64,000 nt of DNA from Mobula birostris (taxonomy: Eukaryota): positions 1,674,001 to 1,738,000 of the forward strand of contig NC_092382.1 in the NCBI RefSeq assembly GCF_030028105.1. Reading direction: 5' to 3'. The notes under the pieces were generated by a model. The model made no database searches. It saw only the letters and a list, made by a program, of their open reading frames with translations, and was not told where the DNA came from. The position numbers and the translations under genes were made by a program. The number at the start of each line of letters is the position of its first letter. The stretch's first letter is position 1. This document shows positions 62,201 through 64,000 of this stretch, piece after piece.

Positions 62201-64000
62201 TGGGGAATAGATCACACAAGAGAGAGCAGGATCAGTTAGATAGATAACCGCAGGAGAAATGCTGGTGAGAAAAAGATCCCAACAGTTGGCAGGAGCATGG
62301 GGAAGAGAGAGACACATAAGTGGAACAGGGATGGTGAGGTAATATCTCCACAGGTGAGGATGATGGTGAATGGACATCCCACAGGAGGAAGGGGCATGGG
62401 GAATAGAGATTCCACAATTGGCAGGGGATGAGGAAGACATATCCCATCAGGTGGTAGGAGGAGGATGCAGAGATCCACAGAAGGAATATGGATGCAGAAG
62501 AAAGATCCCACACGAGGAAGTGGGTTGGGGAAGAGAGGTTCAGCAGAAGGAAGAAGAATTGCGAACAGATATTCCAAGGAAAAGAGATCCGATAGCTGGG
62601 CGTGGGGATAGGATGAGAGATCTTATGGTAAGAATCGTGATAGGGAAGAGAGATCACATAGAGGGAAGGGAAATGGGCCGGAGATATGTCCACAGCAGGG
62701 CCTGCGAAGAGTGATACCTACAGGATGAATAATAGAAAAGAAATAAAGATCTTAGATGGAATTGGACGGGAATGAGGGGTCGCCACAGGAGGAATGGGAA
62801 TGTGAGGGACGGATCGCACAGGAGGGAAGGGGATTGGGAAGAGAGATCCATACATGAGTAATGTGGATGGTGAAGAAGGATCCGCACACGTTCCAGGGGG
62901 ATGGGGAAGAGAGATCTCACATTAGCAAGAGAATTCAGAAAAAGATATCCGACAGGAGGAAAAAGATTGCGGAAGTGAGATCCCTCAGAGAGTAGTGGAA
63001 TTGGGAATAGACGTCCCACATGACGGATGTGGAAGACAGATACCCACAGGAGGAAGATAGAGGGCAAGGAGGAAATAAAATGGGGATGTAAGATCAGACA
63101 GGATCAATTAGCCTGCAGAGGAAAGATCCCCACAAAAGAGAGTTTGATCTGGATGATAGCTCCAGAAAAGAGGGTTTTCAACAAGAACTACCCACAGAAG
63201 GAAGGGGGTGGAGAAGAGCGATCGCACAGAAGGAGAAGAGAGAGGAACGGAGATCCAAGAGGGGGATGGGGAAGGCAGATCTCTACTGCAGGATGAGGGA
63301 TGGGCAGGCGTGATCACCACAGTAAGAACGAGGATGTGGAACAAAGATCCGAAGACGTGTACGGAGAAGAAAGATCCCTCTGGATAAAACTGGATCTGGG
63401 GAGAGAGATTCCACTGGAGGAAAGGTGAACATGGAAGAGAGGGCCGACAGGAGTAAGGGGGATAGTGAAGAGAGATCCCACACGAAGAAGTGGTATGAAG
63501 AAGATATCCCAGAGGAGCAATGGGGATGGAGAAGAGAAATCCCACAGGAGGAAGGGGGATGGGGAAGAGAGATCTCACAGGAGGAAGGGGGATGGGGAAG
63601 AGAGATCTCACAGGAGGAAGGGGGATGGGGAAGAGAGATCTCACAGGAGGAAGGGGCATGGAGAAGAGAGATCCCACTGGAGGAAGGGGGATGGGGAAGA
63701 GAGATCTCACAGGAGGAAGGGGAATGGGGAAGAGAGATCCCACAGGAGGAAGGGGTATGTGGAAGAGAGATCCCACAGGAGGAAGGGGGACGGGGAAGAG
63801 AGATCCCACAGGAGGAAGGGGTATGGGGAAGAGAGATCTCACAGGAGGAAGGGGGATGGGGAAGCGAGATCCCACAGGAGGAAGGGGGATTGGGAATAGC
63901 GATCTTCAGAGGAGGAAGTGGCATGAAGAAGAGATATCCCACAGGATGAATGGGAATGCGATGGAGCGATCCTACAGGATGAAGGGACGATGTGGAAGCG
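56225..64000 (+). repeat. Purine-rich 33-bp minisatellite (CACAGGAGGAAGGGGGATGGGGAAGAGAGATCY), mostly degenerate
   Basis: About 11 near-perfect units at ~63525-63890; the GGGGAAGAGAGATCCCACAGG core is recognisable throughout ~7.8 kb. Confidence 0.92.
58778..59122 (+). mobile_element. Rex1-like 3' tip with (TTGAC)n tail inserted in the minisatellite
   Basis: Reverse-complement homolog of 31307-31570; AATAAA followed by CTTGACTTGAGTTGACTTGA. Confidence 0.75.

Noticed and set aside
63525-63890. Regular repeat array resembling CRISPR
   Set aside because: Units are head-to-tail 33-mers with no unique spacers, there are no cas genes, and the context is vertebrate.
56285-63949. Many ORFs, including 11-aa repeat proteins (EIPQEEGGWGR, LFPIPLPPVGS)
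   Set aside because: By-products of a stop-poor 33-bp minisatellite that is open in several frames; no domain or splice support.

Overview
Vertebrate genomic DNA, not prokaryotic. The repeat families and gene types suggest a cartilaginous fish, probably a ray or skate (inference). Most of the window is transposon-derived: CR1, Rex1/Babar, L1/Tx1, Penelope with hammerhead-ribozyme motifs, an R4/Dong-like relic, Gmr1-type Gypsy LTR elements and solo LTRs. The core is a tandem duplication of a C2H2 zinc-finger gene unit (A ~6120-24880; B ~32650-44810). Each unit has a CpG-island promoter, a short non-coding first exon, a long intron and one zinc-finger exon. Copy A encodes an intact 25-finger protein; copy B is truncated after 9 fingers and interrupted by a CR1. 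The two introns carry different insertions, and each paralog preserves the empty site of the other: a two-LTR Gmr1-like retrotransposon in A and a histone H2A retrocopy in B, about 15 bp apart. The right end holds five intact 3' LRR exons of an NLR-like gene on the minus strand, followed by a ~7.8 kb purine-rich 33-bp minisatellite. Boundaries of decayed repeats are approximate, and identities were judged by eye.
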